NCBI GenBank assembly: GCA_964012805.1
Contig: CAXGUD010000068.1
Location: 1 to 15,240 of the forward strand
Length of the DNA stretch: 15,240 nucleotides
Reading direction: 5' to 3'
Source: an uncultured Bacteriovoracaceae bacterium
GTDB taxonomy: Bacteria; Bdellovibrionota; Bacteriovoracia; Bacteriovoracales; Bacteriovoracaceae
This document shows, piece by piece, positions 1-7,653 of the stretch. Numbering within the stretch: the stretch's first letter is position 1; the number at the start of each line of letters is the position of its first letter. A model generated the notes under the pieces. That model had not been told where the DNA came from and made no database searches. It saw nothing but the letters and a program-made list of their open reading frames with translations. A program made the position numbers and the translations under genes.

Positions 1-890
1 TGCTTAATTCTTATTTTTCCACGGTTTGTAAAAAAGGTCCCGCCTCTTGCAAACTTTGTGGGGATAATACAGTCACTCATATCCACGCCGTGTTCCCAAA
101 TCATCAGGAGGTCTTCGGGATTTCCGACTCCCATAACGTAGCGTGGTTTATCTTTAGGCATGAGAGGTGCCGTATAACTAACGGCTTTTTCCATGAGTTC
201 AGGGCCTTCACCAACTGAGACTCCACCAATGGCGAAGCCTGAAAGAGGTCTAGAGCAGACTTCTTCCACACATTGTTTTCTTAGATCATCAAAAGTTGAG
301 CCTTGAATAATCCCAAAAAGGGCCTGCTTTGGCTCTTTCCATGATTTGATACACCGATCAAGCCAGCGGTGGGTCCTCTCAATGGATTTTTCAGCATATT
401 TTCTTGTGGCCGGGTAGGGGATGCATTCATCAAAGGCCATCATAATATCTGAACCAAGGTTTTGTTGAATTGTAAGAGAGGTCTCAGGAGAAAGAAGAAT
501 TTTTTTACCGTCTTTTCCTTTAAATTCGGCCCCCTCTTCCTTGATACTTTTCTTTTGAAGAGAAAAGACTTGAAATCCACCAGAATCCGTTAGAATTGGA
601 CGGTCCCAGGCCATAAATTTATGAAGCCCTCCGGCCTTTTTAATAAGGTCTGAGCCTGGAGTTAAGTGGAGGTGGTAAGTATTAGAAAGGATAATTTTAG
701 TATCCATGTCTTTAAGAACTTGAGGCTGTAAGGCCTTAATCGCACCATGAGTTCCAACAGGCATAAAAACAGGCGTGGGGATTGTCCCATGAGGTGTTTT
801 AATTTCACCAGCTCTTGCACCAGAGTTTTTATCAACATGGGTTACCTTGAAGCTAAAATGTTTTTTATTGGATTCTAGTGTGTCACTCAT
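1..890 (-). CDS. tgt: Queuine tRNA-ribosyltransferase (tRNA-guanine transglycosylase), partial: its 3' end runs off the left edge
   Basis: Manual translation from ATG at 890: MSDTLESNKKHFSFKVTHVDKNSGARAGEIKTPHGTIPTPVFMPVGT...NTYHL...ILTDSGGFQVFSL...GSDIMMAFDECIPYP...FGIIQGS...AIGGVSVGE...KPRYVMGVG...GVDMSDCIIPTKFAR. These are the TGT signatures, including both catalytic Asp residues (TDSGG and DMxDC). The C-terminal Zn site lies outside the window. Confidence 0.98.
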   Translation of the reverse strand, partial: MSDTLESNKKHFSFKVTHVDKNSGARAGEIKTPHGTIPTPVFMPVGTHGAIKALQPQVLKDMDTKIILSNTYHLHLTPGSDLIKKAGGLHKFMAWDRPILTDSGGFQVFSLQKKSIKEEGAEFKGKDGKKILLSPETSLTIQQNLGSDIMMAFDECIPYPATRKYAEKSIERTHRWLDRCIKSWKEPKQALFGIIQGSTFDDLRKQCVEEVCSRPLSGFAIGGVSVGEGPELMEKAVSYTAPLMPKDKPRYVMGVGNPEDLLMIWEHGVDMSDCIIPTKFARGGTFFTNRGKIRIK

Positions 891-987
891 GGGAGCTTTG
901 CCTTTTTAGTAAGTCGTAAAATGCGAAAATGAATGCCTTCTTCTATAGGATATATCCATAGAATTGACCATTATTTTGAAAAAACTA

Positions 988-3204
988 TTATGACTGGCCG
1001 TGTAACAATGATTCAAGTTTACCAATAAGCTCTGACAAAGGCCTTGTTTTCAATTGGTTTTGCTTTAACTTGATGATTTTAATGGCCTCTCTTAGAGACG
1101 ATTTAAAAAATCTATTGAATTTTGAATCAGAAAATCGAAAGTTGTTTTTAGATAAATTTTCATAGTAGCCATAAATTCCATCAATCATGTCGTAATCTAT
1201 CAAGATTTTTCTTTCCAGCTGGTCAAATGTGTCCAAGATTGAAAAGGCATTCCAAGGCCTATCTTTGTTATAACCCAAATTGACTTCGTTCATGTAAACA
1301 GGTTGCTTTGCCTTTTTATTTGCAACCCAATCAATGTTTTTTAAGAGGCTTTTATGCAGGAATTTTTCAGCAAATCTTTTGGATTTTGCATTGAAAGCGA
1401 TCTCCAAAACAGAGGGGACAAGGTTGTCAGATGGGAAGATATAAATAGAGTTTCTCTGAACCCTTTGAAAAGGTGAAAGAATAATAACTTTAGACTTACC
1501 CATTCGGGTTGATTGGGCCTCGGAGTTAGACTTTACTTTTAAAACCTTAAAGAGGTTTTTTCTAAAACTTAAATGAGCATTGGGTAAAATTCCAACTGAA
1601 AGGGCCTGAGTTGGGAAGTTAAAAAAGTCTATTTTTAAAGAGTTCGTTGAAAAGTGAAACCATTCTTTTTTTAATTCTTCGGTTACTTTTGGTGTTTTCA
1701 ACTTACTTTCAACAAATTTAAAAATATGCGGATAGAAAACAGGGAAAAAGGGACTCCCTTTTATAGATCTTTTTAGAATAGGCTTGATACTTAATTCTTT
1801 TTTAATTCCTATTGTAATCACATGACTTTTCTTAGAATCATATATGGTAAGTTTTTTGACAGTTTTTTTACCTTTTTTAAAAAGAGAGGGAAATAAATGG
1901 AAATTGTTAGGAAGAGGTTTATAAAACTTTAGCCCGAAGTAACTTGAGGCCATGGAAACACTAGTGTTATTTGTGGCCAAAGACCTTGTTTTAATTTCAG
2001 TAAAAGTTAAACCTTCTAATTGTACGGGAGATTTGAAAAAAGGAGAAATAAGAGCAATGAGGACAATAAAAGGTAAAACAATACCAAGACCTATAACTTT
2101 AAAAGAGTCTTTAGAGTAACTGTAGTTAGTTAAGGTAATCCATTCTTTAAAACTTTTTCTTTTAAAAAGAATAGGAAGATCAAAAATAAGAAAAGGTTTT
2201 GTGATTGTTCCTATGATGGCCTTTAAGGGAGCTTTTAGATGCTTAAGTTTAGATTCCTCAGATGGTTTAATTCCTACCAAAAGATAGGGTAGAGACGTTG
2301 TGAAAAGGAAATGAAAAATAAAATCCATCAAAATAAAAACGATAAGGAAATAAACTGTATCTATAGAAGTATGGAAGTAAATAAGATTTTGAAAAATTGT
2401 AGGGAGAGCTTCATAAACTCCTTCACTTGAAAAAGAATCTTTGAAATCAATGATTGGCCCCTGAAGAGGAACAAGAAGTTTTTTAATTTCTTTATCAAGA
2501 CTTAGAAAAGGTAAAATTAGAAAAGCAAAAATATAGCCAAGTGAAAGGTTTGTTATGAAACAAGCAAAACGAATAGACATTCCCTGAAGTCCAAACGGAC
2601 CTTTAAAAGAAAAACTGTGTTTTTTGGTTTTTCCTGCATTTTCATCTTTTTTAACCAAATTCAGAAACGTTTTAGATCCCATCCTTTGATCATTTTTACT
2701 TTCTTTCCCTTTATAGTGTTTTAATTCTTCATCGTTTTCTTCTTCATAATCCTCTTCATCCTCTTCGTAATAATAATCATCGCCTATATCATCTTCTTCA
2801 TCTTCATCTTCAGGTTGTGGAGGGAGGCTATCAAATACAACCTTTTTTTTGTCTTCAAAATTCTCATTTTTTTTGATGACAAAAGTAATGTCTCCGAATG
2901 AAATCTTATCCTCTGAATCAAGAACGTACATTTTTCCTGGAAGTAAGGGATAGTCATTAAGGAGTGTCGTTCCCTTATCTCCAAAGTTATTAATAGATAG
3001 AAGTTCGTTTTGAGATTTTAAAATGCAGTGTATATCCAATAAATCAAATTCTTTAAAAACGATGTCTGCGTCTTCAGATCCCCCAACGATTAACTTTTTA
3101 GTAAATGGTATCGTTTCTACTTGACCATCGGGTGAGGTGATGTTGATCAAGTAGGGGAGCTCTTTAGTAGGGCTTTCGCTTTTCTGTTCTTCCATGTGAT
3201 CCAT
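988..3204 (-). CDS. Large membrane protein: degenerate FHA-like domain, acidic linker, RDD-like multi-TM region and a large basic C-terminal domain
   Basis: Long ORF; start moved to ATG 3204, which has AAGGA 6 nt upstream. The N-terminus has FHA spacing (IVGGSEDADI...LLDIHC...KGTTLLND...LDSEDKISFG). A D/E run follows, then about 4-5 hydrophobic segments with RDD-like motifs (IRFACFITNL; TSLPYLLVGIKP; KRKSFKEWITLT). The CDS is secure; the domain calls were made by eye. Confidence 0.75.
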   Translation of the reverse strand: MDHMEEQKSESPTKELPYLINITSPDGQVETIPFTKKLIVGGSEDADIVFKEFDLLDIHCILKSQNELLSINNFGDKGTTLLNDYPLLPGKMYVLDSEDKISFGDITFVIKKNENFEDKKKVVFDSLPPQPEDEDEEDDIGDDYYYEEDEEDYEEENDEELKHYKGKESKNDQRMGSKTFLNLVKKDENAGKTKKHSFSFKGPFGLQGMSIRFACFITNLSLGYIFAFLILPFLSLDKEIKKLLVPLQGPIIDFKDSFSSEGVYEALPTIFQNLIYFHTSIDTVYFLIVFILMDFIFHFLFTTSLPYLLVGIKPSEESKLKHLKAPLKAIIGTITKPFLIFDLPILFKRKSFKEWITLTNYSYSKDSFKVIGLGIVLPFIVLIALISPFFKSPVQLEGLTFTEIKTRSLATNNTSVSMASSYFGLKFYKPLPNNFHLFPSLFKKGKKTVKKLTIYDSKKSHVITIGIKKELSIKPILKRSIKGSPFFPVFYPHIFKFVESKLKTPKVTEELKKEWFHFSTNSLKIDFFNFPTQALSVGILPNAHLSFRKNLFKVLKVKSNSEAQSTRMGKSKVIILSPFQRVQRNSIYIFPSDNLVPSVLEIAFNAKSKRFAEKFLHKSLLKNIDWVANKKAKQPVYMNEVNLGYNKDRPWNAFSILDTFDQLERKILIDYDMIDGIYGYYENLSKNNFRFSDSKFNRFFKSSLREAIKIIKLKQNQLKTRPLSELIGKLESLLHGQS

Positions 3205-3326
3205 GCCTAGTCCTTGGCAAAAAAACAAAACGTATCTTAATTGTACTATTTTTTAGTTTTATTGCATTATTGGAGTTGGAAACTATTGAATTTTTTAAAA
3301 AAAATTAAGTTTTGGAGTAGATTTTT

Positions 3327-3824
3327 ATGCTGAGTTGTTTTCGGTATGCCCTCGCGGCTTTATTTTTGTCGAGTATATTAATATCCTGCTCTGGAAAAGA
3401 GGAGGAAGAACCTACAATTGATCGTTTTGTCCTTTTGAAAATCGGTTTGGAATGGGAAAAAGAACAGTGGAGGAAAGAAGGAATTAAAGAAGCGGACTTT
3501 AAGCAAGCGAAAACTAAAAACCCAAAGTTTGAGCTTGTTTTAGCTGATGGGATCGGAAAAGGTCCTATGTGTAGCATAGTTAAAAAATATAAAATTCCCG
3601 AAGAAGAATGCTTAGGTATTTTCCGTGTTCGAGTTAGAAAAGTTGAATTTTTAATCATTCAATTCAGTACAGTCAAAAGGGCAAGAGATTTAGCGAGAAA
3701 ACTTGATGGTTTTTATAAAGCGAATTTTTTGTTTGATGAGGTTAGGGGGGAACCCGTCTTGGAGTCTTGGATTACAGGCATTCTTGAAGCAAAACCTGGT
3801 AGGGAAAGTACTAAGAAAAAATAG
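3327..3824 (+). CDS. Putative lipoprotein of unknown function
   Basis: GGAG RBS upstream. The hydrophobic signal ends in a lipobox-like LISC (Cys21), followed by a polar linker SGKEEEEP. Confidence 0.75.
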   Translation: MLSCFRYALAALFLSSILISCSGKEEEEPTIDRFVLLKIGLEWEKEQWRKEGIKEADFKQAKTKNPKFELVLADGIGKGPMCSIVKKYKIPEEECLGIFRVRVRKVEFLIIQFSTVKRARDLARKLDGFYKANFLFDEVRGEPVLESWITGILEAKPGRESTKKK

Positions 3825-4254
3825 TTTTCGAATCCAGGAAGCTCTGTTTAAAAAAGCTCAATTTTTCTTTCCATTTCTCAATTAAATCAACCTCTCCTTT
3901 GGTTAGATTCCTTTTTTCTTTTCTAAACGCTTCAATAGTTTGGTCAAATAGAAGAGTAAACCGATGAAGTTCTCCCTTTCTAATATTGAGGTAAGCGTGA
4001 GAAGAGATGAGGTTAAAAGGCTTTTCATGCTGTGTTCTTTTTGATTCTTTACTAGATCCGATCAACTGAATTTCCCAAAATTTAATTATTCTAGGGATAT
4101 GTTTTGAAAAAGCACTAAGCTCTGGGTAAAGAATTTTTTCAGAAGGAGTTTCCTGGATTTTTCTAAAATGATAGCCAATTAAAAAGTCTTTAACAGCTTC
4201 ACGGTAAAAGTTTTCAACAATTTCTTTGATCATTTTTTTTTTGAGATCTTCCAT
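3811..4254 (-). CDS. Group III (trHbP/Ctb-like) truncated haemoglobin
   Basis: Motifs: VENFY (PheB9-TyrB10), D-x-x-IGYHF (CD1), KHIPRIIKFW (HisE7, PheE14-TrpE15), ISSH (proximal HisF8) and RFTLLFDQTI (G helix). GAGAGG RBS upstream. Confidence 0.85.
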   Translation of the reverse strand: MEDLKKKMIKEIVENFYREAVKDFLIGYHFRKIQETPSEKILYPELSAFSKHIPRIIKFWEIQLIGSSKESKRTQHEKPFNLISSHAYLNIRKGELHRFTLLFDQTIEAFRKEKRNLTKGEVDLIEKWKEKLSFFKQSFLDSKTIFS

Positions 4255-4364
4255 TTTTATCCTCTCTTAAAAAACCTGACTATAAAAAAAAGGAAAAGTT
4301 TGCCGATAATGAGTTGAGTGGAGTTGTCATCCTTTTTTTATTATTCACACAAACGAGACCTTTT

Positions 4365-5096
4365 ATGAAATTTAAAAATACAGCATTTTTTTTATTCATC
4401 TTATCTTTTGTTTTGAATCTATCAACTGTTTCTAAAGCTTCCATTTTAAAGCTCAATGATGGATCTTGTTGGGTTGAAGAAACTAAATCGGATGGGTTAA
4501 AAGTGGCCGATTTTAACAAAAAAAGAACCCGCTATTATTCATACCCCTATATAAAACAAAAATTAGAAGAGGTCATGTCTGATATAGAGGGTTTTGGTGA
4601 AGACCGTGATGATATGAAAAAAGTAGATGTTTATTTTTATTGTTCAGAGGGTGGCAATGCTTTTGTATTTAAGGTCGATTATAAAGAGATAGGTGTTTGC
4701 TCTTGGAATTTTTTGGCCAATAGTGAAAAAGGCCTCCAAAAGCTAGAGCACTTTTCTCAAACAAGAGGTTATACCGAAGGACCTTGTTGGGGCTTTGAGC
4801 CAGGAACTCTTTTTGTTAGTTTAAAGGATAAGAACTTCTTAGAGGAAGTTTACCAGGAATTAAAATCAGTTCGATGGGGCGATAGAATCGATTCTATAGA
4901 GCAATTTTCAAGTCTTACTTTGAAAATAAGGTTATTTGAAAAGTACTTTTTTAGGGAAGGGGAACTAAAGAAGGACTTGGAGTCCTATAAAATAATTAAT
5001 GATCAAATCAGAGAAGTATTTTTTAATCATATGATGAGAATTGGCGGTGAGTTTTATAAAATTAAATCAGTAAGCAATCTCTCCAACAAAAAATGA
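4365..5096 (+). CDS. Secreted hypothetical protein (Sec signal peptide, 4 Cys); the C-terminus may be a subtilase-prodomain-like fold
   Basis: Start reassigned to ATG 4365, giving MKFKNTAFFLFILSFVLNLSTVSKA, a typical signal peptide with an S-K-A cleavage site. Confidence 0.75.
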   Translation: MKFKNTAFFLFILSFVLNLSTVSKASILKLNDGSCWVEETKSDGLKVADFNKKRTRYYSYPYIKQKLEEVMSDIEGFGEDRDDMKKVDVYFYCSEGGNAFVFKVDYKEIGVCSWNFLANSEKGLQKLEHFSQTRGYTEGPCWGFEPGTLFVSLKDKNFLEEVYQELKSVRWGDRIDSIEQFSSLTLKIRLFEKYFFREGELKKDLESYKIINDQIREVFFNHMMRIGGEFYKIKSVSNLSNKK

Positions 5097-5119
5097 AGTC
5101 CATAGGCAATAGAAAGCTC

Positions 5120-5174
5120 TAAGTCATTTATTATGATTACTTCACACCTTAAAAAACTGATAAGAAATGACTTA
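5120..5174. repeat. Inverted repeat with 15-bp arms between convergent genes (possible terminator or 3' stabilising stem)
   Basis: TAAGTCATTTATTAT (5120-5134) pairs with ATAAGAAATGACTTA (5160-5174) at 14 of 15 positions across a 25-nt loop. Confidence 0.6.
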
Positions 5175-5606
5175 CCTTGTAATTCCAACTTCGCTTATGG
5201 ACTTACCTAACGATTTAGATGTTTTCCCAAAGATATTATTTTTCTCGCCAAGCTCTGCCTCTTCTTTGCAGTTAATGCAAAGCTCTGCAGTAGGTCTGGC
5301 CCGAAGCCTCTCAAAAGTAATTTCTGCTCCACACTCTTCGCAGAGTCCATAGGAGCCTTCTTTTATTTTAAGCAGGCTTTTATTTATTTTTTTAAGGAAG
5401 AAAATCTCCCTATTCCTAAATCTTAATTCATGGGATGTTTGAACATTAATGCTAGCTTCGTCCAGAGGATCGCTTAACTCGTTTTTATCAAGGCAAAAGC
5501 TATCAAAATCTTTCTTTTTGGCAAGAATAGATTCTTTTTCTTTTAAAAGCCTGATTTGTATAAAGGCAAGGTCATTATCACTTAGAAAAACATTTTCCCT
5601 TTCCAT
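5172..5606 (-). CDS. dksA: RNA polymerase-binding transcription factor DksA (TraR/DksA C4 zinc finger)
   Basis: Coiled-coil tip DPLDEA (DxxDxA); zinc finger YGLCEECGAEITFERLRARPTAELCINC; GGAGG RBS at 5614-5618. Confidence 0.93.
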   Translation of the reverse strand: MERENVFLSDNDLAFIQIRLLKEKESILAKKKDFDSFCLDKNELSDPLDEASINVQTSHELRFRNREIFFLKKINKSLLKIKEGSYGLCEECGAEITFERLRARPTAELCINCKEEAELGEKNNIFGKTSKSLGKSISEVGITR

Positions 5607-5759
5607 TTGAGAGCCTCCATATCTTTTTGCAAGAAACCATAGGAGTCTTGGCCTCTAAAATTTTTCGTTTAAGCACAATACGGTTAAAGAGGTGGAGTCG
5701 TAAATAGCAGGAACTATTGAAAAACCTTACAAATTTTTACATTTGAAAAGCCACTCAAG

Positions 5760-6104
5760 TCATTTTTTAAATGGAGCTTCACAATAGGGGCAAAATTTCC
5801 AAAATTGAACGTCAATTTGTTCTGAGCAGGAGAGGCATTTATAAAGGCATTCTAGGTCTTCAAAGCCCTCTCCACCCACGAAAATGTCGAGTCTTACTGC
5901 GCGAATAGTAATAGGGTGCGCGAGGTAGCCTCCGGGTATAAGAGGGTCAGGCTTAAAGCGTGCACGACCAACCGTTTTGTCAGGTCTTAATTTTACTTGG
6001 TGAGTTTCAGAAGGGGTTTCTAAAAAGAGAGGATTTTCGGCGGCATTTGTTGCACTCATTAACTTTTCATAAAGAGAATTTGGGTCGAAGTTTTTATCTT
6101 TCAT
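5760..6104 (-). CDS. Hypothetical protein with a C-terminal C4 zinc ribbon
   Basis: CLSC-x11-CPYC at the C-terminus; GAGGT RBS; starts 18 nt downstream of the co-oriented ORF 6123..6716. Confidence 0.8.
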   Translation of the reverse strand: MKDKNFDPNSLYEKLMSATNAAENPLFLETPSETHQVKLRPDKTVGRARFKPDPLIPGGYLAHPITIRAVRLDIFVGGEGFEDLECLYKCLSCSEQIDVQFWKFCPYCEAPFKK

Positions 6105-6122
6105 GCCACCTCTTTTTCGTTT

Positions 6123-6716
6123 TTAACGCCTCTTGAAGGGCGCCCAGCGTTTTTCCAAGAGTTCAATAATCTGTTTTGAAGCTTTCTTGTGTTGGTTGAA
6201 AAGAGAGCCCCAGCTAGGCTTTATTTTTAGGACGGCTTCCCTTAATTTCAGGCTTTGATTGCCTAATTGCTCTATCGTTCGGAGCGTCCATTCAATAACC
6301 TCAGGATTAATATTTTCATAGTCTTCGAGAAGATTTTCAAGGCTCTTTATAAAACTTTTTGGGATAGGGTTCCCCTCTAAAAACTTTTTTTCTATAAGGT
6401 GTTTTCTTGAAACAGAAAGGAGGTAAATAACCAGCTCCGGTTTTTTAATGATTTTAAATGACTCTTCGTATAGCGAGTCAAAAAGCACAGACGGTTTTTG
6501 AGTATGGTCCAAGAGGCAAAATATTTTCTCCAAAAAGACCAATGTTTGTTCCTTTTGTTCCTCTTTGAAGGAGGGGTCTTTAAGTTTTTGAAGGCCTTCT
6601 TTCCAGAGGTCCCTGATCTCTAAAAAGTCATCGGAGTTTAGTTGAATCATGGGGCGCTTAAAGTTCTTCAAGTCTTCAATTGTTTTTGAGTAAAGGTCTT
6701 CCCATTTTTTTGTCAT
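6123..6716 (-). CDS. Hypothetical protein, predicted all-alpha (possibly HEAT/ARM-like)
   Basis: 197-aa ORF with amphipathic helical patterning and an AGGA RBS upstream. No recognisable catalytic motif. Confidence 0.75.
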   Translation of the reverse strand: MTKKWEDLYSKTIEDLKNFKRPMIQLNSDDFLEIRDLWKEGLQKLKDPSFKEEQKEQTLVFLEKIFCLLDHTQKPSVLFDSLYEESFKIIKKPELVIYLLSVSRKHLIEKKFLEGNPIPKSFIKSLENLLEDYENINPEVIEWTLRTIEQLGNQSLKLREAVLKIKPSWGSLFNQHKKASKQIIELLEKRWAPFKRR

Positions 6717-6832
6717 TTTCAGTGTCCTAAAGTGAGTGAAGTTTAGAATATTTATAGCTCATGAAGAATTGTATTGCACATTTAATCAATTTGAGGGCAT
6801 AAGGAGACAGTTAAAAGAGAATAGGTGAGAAA

Positions 6833-7552
6833 TTGAGCGAACGTTATTTATCAATAAATTCTATTTATAAAGCGACAGAGGGTGAGGGCATCAATATTGG
6901 AAGGCCTCAAGTCTTTGTAAGGTTCCAGGGTTGTTTTGTTGGGTGTGTTAATTGCGACTCAAAAGATACATGGGCCTTCAGTGACTCGGATCAAGATAAG
7001 TGGACCTTAACAAAAGCAATAGATGAAATATGGTCATTGAGTGGTGAAGGCTCTTTAACATGGATTTCAATTACGGGAGGTGATCCTCTTCATCCCAAGA
7101 ATGTTCCTGGGGTTGAGGCCCTGACTAAAGAGTTAAAAAAGAAAGGGTTTTTGATCAATATAGAAGCTGCGGGAACCAGGGTTGTTCCTTCTCTTTTTGA
7201 TTTGGTGGATTATATCAGCTTTGATTTTAAAACTCCTTCTACTAATGTAAGAACAGATGTGGCTTTGATTCAAAAAATGGAGCAACTTTATAAGGGAAAG
7301 TTTCAAATCAAGTCTGTTGTTGAGTCGAAAACTGATTTTGAATTTTGTCAGAAGAACTATCTTGATTTAAAACGTCAATTAGATCGTTTTGCCTTTCCAT
7401 GGGTTTTGACACCTTCATATAATGTAAATGAATCTTTTCCTGAAAAAAGGTTTCAAGATGTCCTCTCTTGGAATGAGTCAAATGGTGCTCATTTTAGAGT
7501 TATAGGTCAGCAGCACAAATGGGTCTTTGGATCTTCTGCAAAAAATGTCTGA
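6833..7552 (+). CDS. queE: 7-carboxy-7-deazaguanine synthase (radical SAM), divergent
   Basis: TTG start with AGGTGA upstream. Motifs: EGEG...G...VFVRFQGC, CxxxCxxC (CFVGCVNC) followed by DS, ITGGDP, IEAAGT, DFKTPS, IKSVV and C-terminal RVIGQQHK. Confidence 0.88.
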   Translation: MSERYLSINSIYKATEGEGINIGRPQVFVRFQGCFVGCVNCDSKDTWAFSDSDQDKWTLTKAIDEIWSLSGEGSLTWISITGGDPLHPKNVPGVEALTKELKKKGFLINIEAAGTRVVPSLFDLVDYISFDFKTPSTNVRTDVALIQKMEQLYKGKFQIKSVVESKTDFEFCQKNYLDLKRQLDRFAFPWVLTPSYNVNESFPEKRFQDVLSWNESNGAHFRVIGQQHKWVFGSSAKNV

Positions 7553-7585
7553 CTGAGTAGCTTCTTTTTGTTTTTCATTCCCGTC

Positions 7586-7614
7586 TTTAAACGTTTTTCA
7601 CTTGAGTTTATAAT
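7586..7614 (+). promoter_or_regulatory. Putative sigma70-type promoter for the 7654..7980 gene
   Basis: TTTAAA (7586-7591), a 17-nt spacer, then TATAAT (7609-7614), with an AGGAG RBS downstream. The AT-rich background makes chance matches possible. Confidence 0.4.
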
Positions 7615-7653
7615 AATCTAGAATAATGTTTCTAAAAGCGAGGAGAGGTTTTA

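Noticed and set aside
3205..3228. ORF-track starts at 3228 (and likewise 4314)
   Set aside because: Downstream ATGs fit better: 3204 has an RBS, and 4365 yields a clean signal peptide.
3289..3306. AATTTTTT-AA-AAAAAATT dyad in the divergent promoter region
   Set aside because: Low-complexity homopolymer runs, expected by chance in AT-rich DNA.
5739..5753. Sigma54-like promoter upstream of dksA (TGGCTTTTCAAATGT on the minus strand)
   Set aside because: The -12 element reads GT instead of the near-invariant GC, and the rest matches poorly.
6717..6832. preQ1 riboswitch upstream of queE (also checked 891-987 upstream of tgt)
   Set aside because: I could not see the short stem plus conserved loop and 3' A-rich tail (AAAAAACUA-like) of preQ1-I on the sense strand. 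An Infernal scan would be decisive.
1..7552. tgt plus queE as a 7-deazaguanine DNA-modification (dpd) island
   Set aside because: The TGT has canonical tRNA-type motifs rather than DpdA features. The two genes are about 6 kb apart on opposite strands, with no dpdB-K, folE, queC or queD and no mobility genes.
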